A DNA stretch of 64,000 nt from an uncultured Chloroflexia bacterium (GCA_963777975.1 CAVZSO010000003.1:9111-73110), one strand, 5' to 3'. Positions 28,776 to 40,549 are shown, counted from the first letter of the stretch. Translations and numbers: made by a program. The notes: a model not told the origin generated them from the letters alone.

Positions 28776-30323
28776 GTGGCCTCGCAGTCAACCGGGCTGG
28801 AGCGCAACGCGATCGGGTTGACCGCGGTGACGTTCCAGTCGATCACCCACATGGCTCCGGCCGTGGCGACAGCCCTGTCGATCGGGGCGGCGACCATCTT
28901 CGCCGGTGGCAGTACGCCGCTGGCGGTAGTCCTCGCGCTCATCGCCGCCTTGTTCACGGCCTACGGCATCGGCCAGCTGGCCAAGCATCTGCCGTCGGCC
29001 GGTGGCATGTACACCTATGTCGCACGGGGGCTCGGGGGCTTCCTCGGCTGGCTCATGGCCTGGGCCTTCGCGCTGGCCGAGCCGATCATCGCGCCTGCGC
29101 TGTACGCCTCGTTCGGGTTGTTCGGAGCACTGCTGATCACGCAGCTGACGGGCTTCAGCAGCCCATACCTGTGGCTCGTGCTGGCCATCCTGTGTGGTCT
29201 GCTCGTCTGGTGGCTGCTCTATCGCGGCATCTCGTTCAGCACCGGCGTGGGCATCGCGCTGGGGACCATCGAGATCGTCATCTTCCTGGGCATCTCCGCG
29301 TTGCTGATCATCAACGCCGGCTCGAAGAACACGCTGTCGGTCTTCCTGCCCGGCGCGGATGGCCTGCGGCCGGCGTTCCAGGGCATGGTCTTCACCCTGC
29401 TCGCGTTCGTCGGCTTCGAGGCCGCCGCACCGCTGGGCGAAGAGGCCCGCGACCCCAAGAAGACGATCCCGCGCGCCGTGATGCTCTCCTGCATCCTGAT
29501 CGGCGTCTTCTACGCCTTCAACTACTACGCGGCGACCGTCTTCTTCGGCCCGGACCGGATGGCCTCCGAGTTCTACACCTTCAACAACGGCGACCCGTGG
29601 GGCTACATGGCCGACCAGGTCCTGCCCGGCATCGGCTCCCTGCTGATCGCCTTCGCGATCATCAACAGCTCGCTGGCGAATGCCAACTCCGGTGCTACGG
29701 CGGCCACGCGCTCGCTCTTCAACATGGGCCGGACCGGGCTCATCACGAAGTGGTTCGGGGCCATCCACGCGACCCATCGCACGCCCGTCAACTCCATCCA
29801 CTTCCAGGCCATCCTGGCGCTCGTGCTGGTCGTCGCGCTGGGCGTCTACCTCGGTAACGATCCGCTCAAGGTCTACGTCTTCATCGGCTACGGCCTGGGA
29901 TTGCTCTTCGCTGGCATGTACATCGCGGTCAACATCGCGGTCATCGGCTTCTACCTTCGCGAGCGGCGGGCTGAGTTCAACTGGTTCAAGCACCTGGTCG
30001 TGCCCATCCTGGGCATCATCTTCGTCATCCCCGCCTTCGCCACCGTGCTCGGCATCGCCAACGTCTCGATCCCCATCCTGGACATCCCGCTCTCGGCGAT
30101 CCCGGCGCCGTACGACATCGTGCCCGCCCTGGTCGCGATCTGGATGGTGCTTGGCATCGTGCTCTACTTCGTGCTCCGATCCCGGCGACCCGAAGCCTTC
30201 GCCCGAGTCGGCGAGGTCTACGGCGAAGGCCCTGCCGGGGGTGCCGCCGACGCTAGTGCCGCCGACGCTAGTGCCGCCGACGCAGGTCCTGCCGCTGGCG
30301 CGGGTCCTGCTGACGCGGCCTAG
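28776..30323 (+). CDS. APC family amino acid/amine permease
   Basis: HMAPAVA, SAGGMYTYVARGLG, FVGFEAAAPLGEEARDPKKTIP. Confidence 0.93.
   Translation: MASQSTGLERNAIGLTAVTFQSITHMAPAVATALSIGAATIFAGGSTPLAVVLALIAALFTAYGIGQLAKHLPSAGGMYTYVARGLGGFLGWLMAWAFALAEPIIAPALYASFGLFGALLITQLTGFSSPYLWLVLAILCGLLVWWLLYRGISFSTGVGIALGTIEIVIFLGISALLIINAGSKNTLSVFLPGADGLRPAFQGMVFTLLAFVGFEAAAPLGEEARDPKKTIPRAVMLSCILIGVFYAFNYYAATVFFGPDRMASEFYTFNNGDPWGYMADQVLPGIGSLLIAFAIINSSLANANSGATAATRSLFNMGRTGLITKWFGAIHATHRTPVNSIHFQAILALVLVVALGVYLGNDPLKVYVFIGYGLGLLFAGMYIAVNIAVIGFYLRERRAEFNWFKHLVVPILGIIFVIPAFATVLGIANVSIPILDIPLSAIPAPYDIVPALVAIWMVLGIVLYFVLRSRRPEAFARVGEVYGEGPAGGAADASAADASAADAGPAAGAGPADAA
30241..30283 (+). repeat. 15-bp tandem repeat x3 in the permease C-tail (AADAS)
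   Basis: GTGCCGCCGACGCTA repeated three times, the third copy partial. Confidence 0.85.
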
Positions 30324-30423
30324 GTCCTTCGCCCATACGCAGGTGACGGTCGGCGTCCACTCGCCGGCCGTCACGCATCCGTCGCGTCGACCTCGTCTCG
30401 GCGGTGTCTGAACCTGTCTCGAT

Positions 30424-31368
30424 CTAGCTGTCGAAGAGGCCCAACGGACAGTAGGCGGTGACGACGACGTTGGGCATGTCGACGATCTCGCTGATGCGCA
30501 GGTCGATGGCCACGCTGCACAACAGGTAGGCCTCGATGGCGCCGAGCCCATGCTCGCGCCCGAGCCAATCGATCATCCGACGCGTGGCATCACGAGCGGC
30601 CGCCATGGGATCGGGGCCGACGCCGTCGGTGGCGTAGCGAGCGCCATCGCGCAGCGTGGCGTTGGGATCGGGCGCGGCCAGGAACTCGGGACCGGTGACA
30701 TGCAGGTCCTTGCGCACCGTGAGGCGGACGAGCGCCCGCATCGGCGTCTCGATGGCCGTGCCGCAGACCTCGCCATCGCCCTGCGTGGCATGACCGTCGC
30801 CGATGCTGAAACGTGCGCCGGGCACGAAGACCGGCAGGAAGAGCGACGACCCGGCGACGATATGGCGGGTATCCATGTTGCCGCCGTGGAGGTCGGGCGG
30901 GATGGTCGAGCGCGGGCCGGATTCGGGCGCCACCCCCATCTCGCCGCAGAACGGCGCCAGCGGGACACGGACGCCGGGCCAGAACTCCGTCGTCCCGACG
31001 GGTCCCGGGACGTGGGTCACCTTGTAGGTCGGGTCGGGGAAGTCGTCGGCCAGGAGACCGAAACCCGGGATGGCAGCCGTCCAACCCCAATCGGCCGGCG
31101 TCAGCTCGAGGACGTCGACCTGGAGCGTGTCGCCGGGCTCGGCACCGGCGACCTCGATGGGGCCGTTGACCTGGTCGACCCGGTCGAAGTCGAGCGTCGC
31201 CAGATCGTCGACCGTCGACGTCGCCGTGAGCTGGCCACCGGATGCATCGAGGCAATCGAAGTCGACGATCTCGCCCGACGCGACCCTGGCGATGGGCGGG
31301 ATGGCCGGGTCCCAGGTCAGGTGGGTCTGATCCCGGGCGACATGGATGGTCGGGATGTGGAGCGCCAT
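30424..31368 (-). CDS. Acetamidase/formamidase family protein
   Basis: VNGPIEVAGAEPGD, PFCGEMGVAP, GGNMD, GDGHATQGDGEVCGTAIE. Confidence 0.93.
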   Translation of the reverse strand: MALHIPTIHVARDQTHLTWDPAIPPIARVASGEIVDFDCLDASGGQLTATSTVDDLATLDFDRVDQVNGPIEVAGAEPGDTLQVDVLELTPADWGWTAAIPGFGLLADDFPDPTYKVTHVPGPVGTTEFWPGVRVPLAPFCGEMGVAPESGPRSTIPPDLHGGNMDTRHIVAGSSLFLPVFVPGARFSIGDGHATQGDGEVCGTAIETPMRALVRLTVRKDLHVTGPEFLAAPDPNATLRDGARYATDGVGPDPMAAARDATRRMIDWLGREHGLGAIEAYLLCSVAIDLRISEIVDMPNVVVTAYCPLGLFDS

Positions 31369-31550
31369 GGCTCTGTCCTCCGCTCCGCCGGCCGCGTCCA
31401 CGACCGTCGCACCCGGTCGGTCCGCGATGGGATGTGGCCGCTATGATGCACTCACTTCGCGTCTGACCACGTACGGGACTCGTCCGGGTCCGCCTCGGCG
31501 GCAGGATGCATGGGTCCGCGATGGCCGGCGGAGCCGAACGGGAGCATCTG

Positions 31551-32666
31551 ATGGCGACCGTCACCTTCGACCACGTGTGGAAGAAATACGACAACTTCGT
31601 CGCGGTCAACGACCTGGTCCTCGACATCCAGGACGAGGAGTTCCTGGTCCTGGTCGGCCCGTCGGGCTGCGGCAAGACGACCTCCCTTCGGATGATCGCC
31701 GGGCTGGAGGACATCACCGAGGGCGAGCTCAAGATCGCGGACAGGGTCGTCAACGACATCCCGCCCAAGGACCGCGACGTGGCCATGGTCTTCCAGAGCT
31801 ACGCGCTCTACCCGCACATGACGGTCTACGACAACCTGGCATTCGGGCTGAAGCTGCGCAAGGTCCCCAAGGACGAGATCGACCGGCGCGTCAAGGACGC
31901 CGCCCAGACCATCGAGCTGACGAACCTCCTCGATCGCAAGCCGAAGCAGCTCTCCGGCGGCCAGCGGCAGCGCGTCGCGCTCGGTCGCGCCATCGTCCGA
32001 GAGCCGGCCGTCTTCCTGATGGACGAGCCGCTCTCCAACCTCGACGCCAAGCTCCGCGTCCAGACGCGGGCCGAGATCTCGCGTCTCCATCAGCGCCTCA
32101 AGACGACCATCGTCTACGTCACCCACGATCAGGTCGAGGCGATGACGATGGGCTCGCGGATCGCGGTCATGAACCTCGGCCTCCTGCAGCAGGTGGGTAC
32201 GCCCCAGCAGCTCTACCAACACCCCGCCAACCGATTCGTGGCCGGCTTCATCGGCAGCCCGGCCATGAACTTCGTGGAGGTCAAGGTCGAGGGCTCGGGC
32301 CCCGACGCACGCCTCAAGGGAGGCGCCTTCGATGCGCCGATCCCGGAGCGGCTTCGCGCCTCGATCGGGGAATCGACGGGCCGGCAGCTGATCCTTGGCG
32401 TCCGACCGGAGCACCTCGACGTCGCTGAAGCCACCGGTGGCACGGGCACCGTGCGGGCCAACGTCGACGTGGTCGAGTACCTCGGCAACGAGGAGCTGCT
32501 CCACATCCGGGCCGATGAGCAGTACCTGGTCGCCGTCGTCGACGCCGACCTGCGGGTGCACGTCGGCGACGTCCTCGACCTCGTCTTCTCGGCGGACCGC
32601 ATGTACCTCTTCGACAACGAAAGCGGTGAGACCCTCACCGAGTCGATGGTCGCGGCGACCGCCTGA
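31551..32666 (+). CDS. Sugar ABC transporter ATP-binding protein (MalK/MsmK family)
   Basis: GPSGCGKT, VFQSYALYPHMTV, LSGGQRQR, YVTHDQVEAMT, C-terminal TOBE. Confidence 0.96.
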   Translation: MATVTFDHVWKKYDNFVAVNDLVLDIQDEEFLVLVGPSGCGKTTSLRMIAGLEDITEGELKIADRVVNDIPPKDRDVAMVFQSYALYPHMTVYDNLAFGLKLRKVPKDEIDRRVKDAAQTIELTNLLDRKPKQLSGGQRQRVALGRAIVREPAVFLMDEPLSNLDAKLRVQTRAEISRLHQRLKTTIVYVTHDQVEAMTMGSRIAVMNLGLLQQVGTPQQLYQHPANRFVAGFIGSPAMNFVEVKVEGSGPDARLKGGAFDAPIPERLRASIGESTGRQLILGVRPEHLDVAEATGGTGTVRANVDVVEYLGNEELLHIRADEQYLVAVVDADLRVHVGDVLDLVFSADRMYLFDNESGETLTESMVAATA

Positions 32667-32680
32667 CTCGGTCGCCGGCC

Positions 32681-34357
32681 TTGGACCAGGACTGGTGGCA
32701 GCGGGGCGTCGTCTACCAGGTCTACCCGCGCAGCTTCGCCGACAGCGACGGTGACGGCGTCGGCGACCTGCCCGGCATCATCGACCATCTCGACCACCTG
32801 AACGACGGCACGCCCCAGTCGCTGGGGGTCGATGCGATCTGGCTCTCGCCGATCTACCCCTCGCCCGGGCTCGACCTCGGCTATGACGTCTCCGACCATG
32901 CGGCGGTCGACCCGCTCTTCGGGACGCTCGCCGACTTCGACCGCCTGGTGTCGGAGGCCCACGCTCGTCGCGTCAAGGTCGTGCTCGACCTGGTCATGAA
33001 CCACACCAGCGACCAGAGTCCCTGGTTCCGCGGCTCGCGGGCGTCGCGCAGCGGGCCGTACGCCGATTGGTACCTGTGGCGCGGGCCGAAGGGCGTCGAT
33101 CGACGGGGTCGCCCTCGACCTCCCAACAACTGGGTGAGCTGGTTCGGCGGGCCGGCCTGGACCTGGGAGCCGGCTCGTGACCAGTTCTACCTGCATACCT
33201 TCCTGCCCGAGCAGCCCGATCTCAACTGGCGCCATCCGGCGGTCCGCGCGGCGATGCTCGACGTCGTCCGTTTCTGGTTGGCGCGCGGCGTCGATGGCTT
33301 CAGACTGGACGTCTTCAACGTCTTCTTCAAGCACCCCGACCTGCCCGACAATCCAAAGCGGCGCGTCTCGCGCTGGCGTCGCGCGGGCTGGCGCGCCTGG
33401 GACCGCCAGGAGCACATCTATGACAAGGACCAGCCCGAGATGGCCGGCCTGCTGGCGGAGTTCCGGGCCATCCTGGACGCCGCGCCGGGGCGCATGAGCG
33501 TCGGCGAGCTGTTCACCGGCGACTCGGTCTGGGCGGCATCCTACGCCGCGCCGCGCCACCTGATCTTCGACTTCGGGCTCCTCCAGCAATCCTGGGCGGC
33601 CGATCGACTGGCCCGGGCCATCTCCGACGCAGAGGCGGCCTTCGGCCCCGATCGCTGGCCGGCTGTCGTGATGGGCAACCATGACCAGCCACGGCAGGCG
33701 ACGCGGCTGTCGCGTGGTCGAACGGGCGACCGTGAGGCGATCGCGCGCGCCGCCGCCGTCCTGCTGCTCGGCCTGCGAGGCACCCCGTTCCTCTATTACG
33801 GGGAGGAGATCGGGCTGGGCGACGTCGGCGTGCCTCGGTGGGAGATGCAGGACCCGCCGGCGCGACGCTACTGGCCGCTGCCGATCTGGTTCGACCGCGA
33901 CCGGTGTCGCGGCCCGATGCCCTGGACCGGAAGCCTCAACGGCGGCTTCACGAAGGGGCAGCCGTGGTTGCGGATGGCGTCGGACTACCCGACCCGGAAC
34001 GTGGCCAGCCAGGCGGCCGACCCGGAGTCGATCCTTGCCTGCTACCGGCGGCTCATCGCGCTCCGCCACCGGTCCGAAGCACTCTCGGTCGGTGACTTCG
34101 ACTGGCACGTTCGCGGAACCGACGACGTCCTGGCCTGGCTCCGGACGTCCGGCGACGAGCGGATGCTCGTCGCCTTGACCACGGCATCGGCGGAGCGGAC
34201 GGTCGAGCTGCGCGGCCTCGTCGGGCCAGCCCCGAGGCGTCTTCTCGAGCCTCGGGCCGGATGTGACGCCGCTTCTCGAGGGCGACCGGATCCGTCTTCG
34301 GCCGCTGGAGGCCGTCATCGTCGCCCTCGTGGGGGACTGACCTGGTCGGGCGGGTGA
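32681..34357 (+). CDS. GH13 alpha-glucosidase / oligo-1,6-glucosidase
   Basis: YQVYPRSFADSDGDGVGDL, DLVMNH, GVDGFRLDV, VGE, NHD; C-terminus may be frameshifted. Confidence 0.93.
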   Translation: MDQDWWQRGVVYQVYPRSFADSDGDGVGDLPGIIDHLDHLNDGTPQSLGVDAIWLSPIYPSPGLDLGYDVSDHAAVDPLFGTLADFDRLVSEAHARRVKVVLDLVMNHTSDQSPWFRGSRASRSGPYADWYLWRGPKGVDRRGRPRPPNNWVSWFGGPAWTWEPARDQFYLHTFLPEQPDLNWRHPAVRAAMLDVVRFWLARGVDGFRLDVFNVFFKHPDLPDNPKRRVSRWRRAGWRAWDRQEHIYDKDQPEMAGLLAEFRAILDAAPGRMSVGELFTGDSVWAASYAAPRHLIFDFGLLQQSWAADRLARAISDAEAAFGPDRWPAVVMGNHDQPRQATRLSRGRTGDREAIARAAAVLLLGLRGTPFLYYGEEIGLGDVGVPRWEMQDPPARRYWPLPIWFDRDRCRGPMPWTGSLNGGFTKGQPWLRMASDYPTRNVASQAADPESILACYRRLIALRHRSEALSVGDFDWHVRGTDDVLAWLRTSGDERMLVALTTASAERTVELRGLVGPAPRRLLEPRAGCDAASRGRPDPSSAAGGRHRRPRGGLTWSGG

Positions 34358-34417
34358 CCTTGGCCGGCGACTGCGGAACGGTCGCATGGCTCGACGCGTT
34401 GCGAATACCATCCGCGG

Positions 34418-35783
34418 GTGAGTCCATCGCCCTCGTTCGACACCGACCCAGCGAGGCTCGCGCAGCCCTTCCCGGCTGACTTCGCCTGGGGCTTCGCGAC
34501 CTCGGCCTACCAGATCGAGGGAGCAGCGGCCGAGGACGGCCGGGGTCCGTCGATCTGGGACACCTTCGCCCGCCAGCCGGGCGCCATCGCCGACGGCAGC
34601 ACGGGCGACGTCGCCTGCGACCACTACCACCGCTACCCAGAGGACGTCCGACTGATGGCCGATCTGGGGGCGCGGGCCTATCGCTTCAGCATCAGCTGGT
34701 CGCGCGTCCTGCCCGTTGGGACCGGCGCCATCAACCAGCGCGGCCTCGACTTCTACCAGCGCCTCGTCGACGCCCTGCTCGGAGCAGGCGTCCAACCGCT
34801 GATCAACCTCTTCCACTGGGACCTGCCGCAGGCGTTGCAGGACCGCGGCGGCTTCGCCAACCCGGAGGTCGTGGGCTGGTTCACCGACTACGCCACGCTG
34901 CTCGCGTCGAACCTGGGCGACCGTGTCAAGGACTGGATGACGTTCAACGAGCCGGCCGTCTTTGCCTTCCTCGGCCATGCCGACGGCATCCATGCGCCGG
35001 GGCTGCGTGACTGGCCGACGGCGATCCGGGTGGCCGACAACGAGCTCCACGCTCATGCCGCCGCCGCCAAGGCGATCCGCGCGCTGGTCGACGACGCGAA
35101 AGTCGGCGTGGCGATCGACGTCAATCAGGTCGCGCCGGCGACCGATTCGGAGCGGGATCGAGTCGCCGCCGACCAGTGGAGCTCCGCTCGCGACGCGTGG
35201 TTCCTCGATCCGCTCTTCGGCCGTGGCTACCCGGCGCTGGGACTCGCGGCTCACCGCGAGGCGGGTCACCTCGACGGCATCGACCTCGCCGAGCCGCCGG
35301 CCGGCGACCTCGATTACCTGGGCCTGAACTACTACCGGCGCGACTCGGTCAGCGCCACGTCGGACCGCGCATTCGACTGGGAGATCGGCGCCGTGCCGGG
35401 CTCGGAGCAGACGCAGATGGGCTGGCACGTCGCGTCCGACGGCCTGCGCGACGTCTTGCTCGAGCTCAACCGGACGTACGCACCGCCCGAGATCGTGGTC
35501 ACCGAGAACGGCGCCGCGTACCCCGATACCGTCGATCGAGGACGGCCGGGTGCGGGACGCGGGCCGGCTGGACTACCTGGCACGCCACGTCGCCGCGGCA
35601 GCTGAGGCGCTTGGCGCAGGCGTGCCGCTGACCGGCTACTACGTCTGGTCGCTGCTCGACAACTATGAATGGAGCCTTGGCTACAGCCGGCGGTTCGGCC
35701 TGGTCCACGTCGACTTCGACAGCCAGCGACGCACCCCCAAGGACAGCGCACGCTGGTATCAGCGGCTCATCGCCCGGGGCTAG
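34418..35783 (+). CDS. GH1 beta-glucosidase (frameshift near 35540)
   Basis: ATSAYQIEG, TFNEP, VTENG, WSLLDNYEW. Confidence 0.95.
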
Positions 35784-36819
35784 CGCGTCTCGGTGACCTT
35801 GCTGATCGTGCGCGGATGCTCGGGGTCGAGGCCGCGCGCGACGGTCAGGTGATAGGCATACAGCTGGGCGGGCACGATCTCGACGATCGGCGCCAGCCAG
35901 GGCGGGATGCCGTCTGGCAAGGCCAGCCCCTCGTCGATCTCACGGGCTGCCGGCGCGTCCGAGATCACCAGCAGGCGCGCACCGTGGTCCTCCTTCAGGC
36001 GGGTCAAGAGCGCGATCTGGGCCTCCAGCTCGGGGCCGCTCGGGGCCACCGCCAGGACCGGCAAGCCGGGTTCGGCCAGGGCCAGCGGTCCGTGCTCGAA
36101 GTCGGCCGCCGAATACGCCATGGCAGCGACCAGCGCCATCTCCTGCAGCTTGAGCGCCCACTCGCGAGCGCTCGCGTAGCTGTAGCCGCGGCCGAGCACG
36201 ACGGCACGCTGGCGCTTGGCGTGCGCGGCGGCCAGGTCGCGCGCCTGAGGCTCCGCCGTCAGCGCTGCCGACAATCAGGGCGGGCAGGCCCAGCCAGATC
36301 GACCGTTTCGCTCGACGAGGGCGGGTCGAGTGCCGTCGACAGCAGCGCCGCCGCGAGCAGCTCGGTGGTGTAGGTCTTGGTCGCGGCCGTGGCCCGCTCC
36401 GGTCCGGCGCGCAGGTCGACCACGTGGTCGGCCGTTTCGGCCAGCGGGGATGCCGCGTCGTTGGTCAGCGCGACGGTCAGCGCGCCCTGCCGCCGCGCTT
36501 CTTCGACGACCGCGACGATGTCCGGTGAGCGACCCGACTGCGAGATGCCGACGACCAGCGCGTCGGCCATGTTCGGGCGCGCTCCGTAGAGCGTGATCGT
36601 CGAGGGCGCCGCCAGGGCGACGATCAAGCCGTTCCGGATCGCCAGCAGGTACTGCGCGTAGATGCCGGCGTTGTCCGAGGTGCCGCGGGCGGCGATGACG
36701 GCGAACCGGGGCCGGCGCGACCGCAGCGCGGCGGAGATCGGGGCGAACGTCGCCGGCGCAGCGTCGAGAAGCCGCTGAGCGGCGGCCGGCTGCTCCAGGA
36801 TCTCGTCTCTCAGCCCCAT
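35780..36819 (-). CDS. Double-SIS protein (GlmS C-terminal-like; probable glucosamine-6-P deaminase), frameshift near 36270
   Basis: ARGTSDNA, GISQSGRSPD, AATKTYT, EWALKLQE, DFEHGP, RTISKVTET. Confidence 0.9.
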
Positions 36820-38390
36820 GCCATGAGCCCGTGACCGCGCGGATAGAGACCGGCGATGGCGACGGGCAACCGGCCGGCGAACGGCGCCTCGCCCAGCAGT
36901 GCGGCGGCCAGCGCCTCCATCGACGGCGGCAGGATGCCGTAGCTGCAGATATGGGTTCGGCTGGACGGGTAGGCGAGCAGGTCCCAGGGCGTGCGCAGGG
37001 CGACGGTGACCGTCGGCTTGCCGGACGCCAGGACCGCCGCGGCGAGCGCCGCCTGCGCCGGCTGGAGGTGCGCCGAGAACGTCCCGACGACGACGAGGTC
37101 GAAGGTCGCCAGCCGCTCGCCCAGACCTGCGATGTCAGCCTCGCCTGGCATCGCCGGCAGGAGGATCTCCTCGACACCCGCGAGCCGGCGACGAAGCGCC
37201 GAGGCCAGCGTCGGCGCCACCGTCGACGACGTGTCGGCCGGCGTCAGGTCGGCCGGCATCGACTGGACGACCGCGATCCGCGCGTCGGCGGCCGGCTTCA
37301 ACGGCAACAGCCGGTCGTCGTTGCGGACGAGCGTGATCGATCGTCGGGCCAGCTCGGCGGCGAGTGCCTGATGTTCCCCGCACCCGACGACGTCGAGCGG
37401 CGGCTGTTCGAAGCGTCCGACCCACCGGCGCAGCTCGCCCAGCCGACGGGTGGCGGCAGCATCGTCGTCGGCATCGATCAGGCCACGCCGCTGGGCCTGC
37501 GCGAGGCCTTCCTCCAGCCGCTCGAGCGCCACTTCGTCGGCCGTCCCGAGCAGCACGTCCTCGCCCGCGCGGAGGGCAGCGATGGCGTCGACGATCTGCG
37601 CCGAACCCTGGGCCAGGGCATGCATGTCGAGGGCGTCGGTGACGGTCACGCCGTCGAAGTGCAGCTGCCCGCGCAGCAGGTCGCGAAGGACCGCGGCGGA
37701 CAGGCTCGTCGGCAGGTCGTCGTGCTGGCCGGGGAGCGCGAAGTGGCCGGTCATGACCATCCGTGCGCCAGCTGCCAGTGCCGCTCGAAACGGGACCAGC
37801 TCCCGCTCGGCCAGCTCGGCACTCGTGCGCGCCACCAGCGGCAGCTCGTGGTGGGGATCCGCTGCCGTGTCGCCGGCGCCTGGGAAGTGCTTGGCCGTCG
37901 CGGCCACGCCCTCGTCCTGCAGGCCCCGGACGGTCGCCGCAGCGAGCCTTCCCACCGCCTCGGGATCGTCGCCAAAGCTGCGGATACCGAGCGCCGGATT
38001 GGCCGGGTTGTTGGCAACGTCGCACACCGGCGCGTAGTTCACGTTGACGCCGAGGGCCCGCAGCTCGCGCGCCGTGGCGCCAGCGACGCGCTCGGCCAGC
38101 GCTTCGTCGCCGGTGGCGCCAAGCGCCATCGCGCCAGCGAACTGCGTCGTCCCTTCGCCCAGGCCGACCAGCTGGCCGCCCTCCTGGTCGGCAGCGACCA
38201 GCAATGGTGGTGCTCCTGCCGGCCGCGCCGCCTGGATGGCGGCCGTCAGCGCGCGGACCTGGGGCGGATCGACGACGTTGTGGACGCGGAAGAGCGTCAC
38301 GCCGGAGACGCCACGATCGTTGATCCGCGTCGCCGCCGATGGCGGCAGCTCGGTGCCGGCGAAGGCGATCATGAGCCGCGCCAGCGTCAC
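36810..38390 (-). CDS. GH3 beta-N-acetylhexosaminidase (NagZ-like)
   Basis: DQEGG, KHFPGAGDTAADPH, VTDALDM; GTG start overlaps the permease stop. Confidence 0.92.
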   Translation of the reverse strand: MTLARLMIAFAGTELPPSAATRINDRGVSGVTLFRVHNVVDPPQVRALTAAIQAARPAGAPPLLVAADQEGGQLVGLGEGTTQFAGAMALGATGDEALAERVAGATARELRALGVNVNYAPVCDVANNPANPALGIRSFGDDPEAVGRLAAATVRGLQDEGVAATAKHFPGAGDTAADPHHELPLVARTSAELAERELVPFRAALAAGARMVMTGHFALPGQHDDLPTSLSAAVLRDLLRGQLHFDGVTVTDALDMHALAQGSAQIVDAIAALRAGEDVLLGTADEVALERLEEGLAQAQRRGLIDADDDAAATRRLGELRRWVGRFEQPPLDVVGCGEHQALAAELARRSITLVRNDDRLLPLKPAADARIAVVQSMPADLTPADTSSTVAPTLASALRRRLAGVEEILLPAMPGEADIAGLGERLATFDLVVVGTFSAHLQPAQAALAAAVLASGKPTVTVALRTPWDLLAYPSSRTHICSYGILPPSMEALAAALLGEAPFAGRLPVAIAGLYPRGHGLMAWG

Positions 38391-39296
38391 GACTTGACGG
38401 AGCCGGCCAGGATCCCTCTCACGAATGCACGCTGGAGAACGAGGAAGACGATCAGCGGCACGAGCATCGTGATGAACGCGCCGGCGGTGAGGAGATGCCA
38501 GGAGCCGCCACGGCTGCCGATCAGCTGGAAGAGGGCGGTCGGCAGGACGCGAACATCGGTGCCCGGTCCGAGGAAGACGAGCGCGACCAACAGGTCGTTC
38601 CAGACCCACAGGAACTGGAAGATCGCGAACGCGACGAGCGCCGGCAACGACAGCGGCAGGACGATCCGGATGAATGCCTGCAGGTGGGACGCGCCATCGA
38701 TGGCCGCGGACTCGAACAGGTCGCGCGGCAGCTGCGAGATGAAGTTGTAGAGCAGGAAGATCGCCAGCGGCAGGCCAAAGCCCGTGTGCGCCAGCCAGAT
38801 GCCAAGGAACGTGCCGTACAGGTTTCCCGCCGCGTAGACCTGCAGGATCGGGATCAGCGACACCTGGATGGGCACGACGAGCAACGCCACGACGATCGTG
38901 AACAGGATCCCCTTGCCGCGGAACGGGATCCACGCGAAGGCATAGGCGGCGAATGCGGCGATGGTGATCGGGATGACCGTCGACGGGACGGTCACGATCA
39001 GGCTGTTGATGAACGCGTCACCCATGCCGTCGCTCGAGATGACCGTCTGGTAGTTCGACAGCGTCCATTGGTTCGGGGGGTCGAAGGGGCTGAGGAGCGA
39101 CGTCCACCAGCCGGAGGTCGTGATCAGGATCGGGTCGCGGACGGACGTCACCAGCAGGCCGAGCGTCGGCAGCGTCCACAGGAAGCAGATGGCGATGACC
39201 GACAGGCGCAGCGGCAGGCTCTGCATGAACCACGGGCGCCAGGCGGCGACGCGGGCGACCCCTTTGCTGCTCGATCGGCTTGGCCGGCGCGGTCAT
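38387..39296 (-). CDS. Carbohydrate ABC transporter permease (frameshift near the N-terminus)
   Basis: EAA loop FESAAIDGASHLQAF, FLWVWNDLL. Confidence 0.92.
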
Positions 39297-40463
39297 CCTT
39301 CCGCCTCCTGTCGCCTGAAGTTGCGCAGGTTGATGTACATCACGGGCAGGATGGCGATGAAGAGCAGCGTCGCAAGCGCGGCGCCGCGACCGTCGTTGAA
39401 GAACTGGAAGATCTCGTGGAAGAGGCGGACGCCAACGACGTCGTCATTGAACCGTCCGCCGGTCGTCACGTAGACGATGTCGAAGATCTTCAGGGTGACG
39501 ATGGCGATGGTCGTCGCGACCGTGATGATCGAGCCGCGGATCATCGGCACGATGATCCGGAAGAAGAGCTGGCGCTCGTTGGCGCCGTCGAGTCGGGCCG
39601 CCTCGATGACCTCGGTCGACACGCCCTTGATCGCGGCCGACAGCACGACCATGGCGAAACCGGTCTGGAGCCAGACCAGGATCATGATCTCGGCAAAGAC
39701 GTTGATGGGGCTGGTCGTCAGCCACGGGATCGGCTGACCACCGAAGCTGGACCACGATCGCGTTCAGGAGTGCCGATCTGCGGCTGACCGGCGGGCTGCC
39801 AGGCGTAGACGAAGCCCCAGATGACCGATGCGCCGACGAGCGAGATCGCCAGCGGCAGGAAGACGAAGGTCTTGGCCAGCGCTTCACGTCGGACGCGATC
39901 GAAGAGCCAGGCGATGACGAGCCCGAGCCCCACGCTGGCAGCTGGTACCGACGATCAGCCAGAGGGCGTTGTTGCGCAGGATCTGGATGAAGTCGGGCTC
40001 GGCCAGCACGAGGTAGTTCTCGAGCGTGAAGTGGCCCTCGTTGTCCGTGAAGCTGCGCAGGACCGTGCCCGCCGCGGGGTAGACCAGGAAGAGCGCCAAC
40101 AGCGCCAGGGCGGGGCCGACGAAGACCCACGGCAGGATCCGGTCGCGCCACTTCGGCTGCAGCAGGCTGACCAGCGCGCCCACGCCGATGAACAGCAGCC
40201 AGATGCCGCCGACGCCCGACGGCCAGCGCGATCGCCGCCAGCAGGATCTTGGCGATCAACTTGATCGCCCGTGCCGTTGCGCAGGTCGGTCGCGCCCGAC
40301 GCGTTGCCGAGCAGCCTCGTAGATCGAGGCCAGGAGGTTCGGCGCGCCCTGCGGGTCGTACAGGACGAGGATGCCGGCGCCGCACAGGCCCAGGCCGATC
40401 AGCCCGGCGATCGGCAGGACGAAGCGCGATAGTCCGGGACGCTCAGGTTCGAGCTACGGCCAT
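39293..40463 (-). CDS. Carbohydrate ABC transporter permease (several frameshifts)
   Basis: WLQTGFAMVVLSAAIKG, IEAARLDGA. Confidence 0.88.
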
Positions 40464-40487
40464 CGACCCTCCTCGCGGACATAGTAA

Positions 40488-40519
40488 CGGGGCGCGCCAC
40501 CGTGAGGTGGCGCGCCCCG
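40488..40519. terminator. 14-bp perfect hairpin between the SBP and permease genes (attenuator or mRNA stabiliser)
   Basis: CGGGGCGCGCCACC-gtga-GGTGGCGCGCCCCG. Confidence 0.75.
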
Positions 40520-40549
40520 CAAGCGATCAGATCGCTACCGATCAGATCA

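Noticed and set aside
31382-31534. 12-bp inverted repeat (GCTCCGCCGGCC) 130 bp apart in the amidase/malK gap, possible MITE or invertible promoter
   Set aside because: Short and GC-only, with no target duplication or recombinase; likely chance or simple regulatory structure.
32213-35428. 1071-aa minus-strand ORF and similar long shadow ORFs (e.g. 6489-8456, 57647-59803)
   Set aside because: They are antisense to well-supported genes; long stop-free shadows are expected at this GC content and they have no recognisable motifs.
36810-38933. Long ORF-track entries (36810-38933, 48107-49426, 49484-52012, 49583-51958) suggesting large fusion proteins
   Set aside because: Their N-terminal parts are off-frame or antisense readings of neighbouring genes; real starts are at 38390, 48871, 50903 and 50827.
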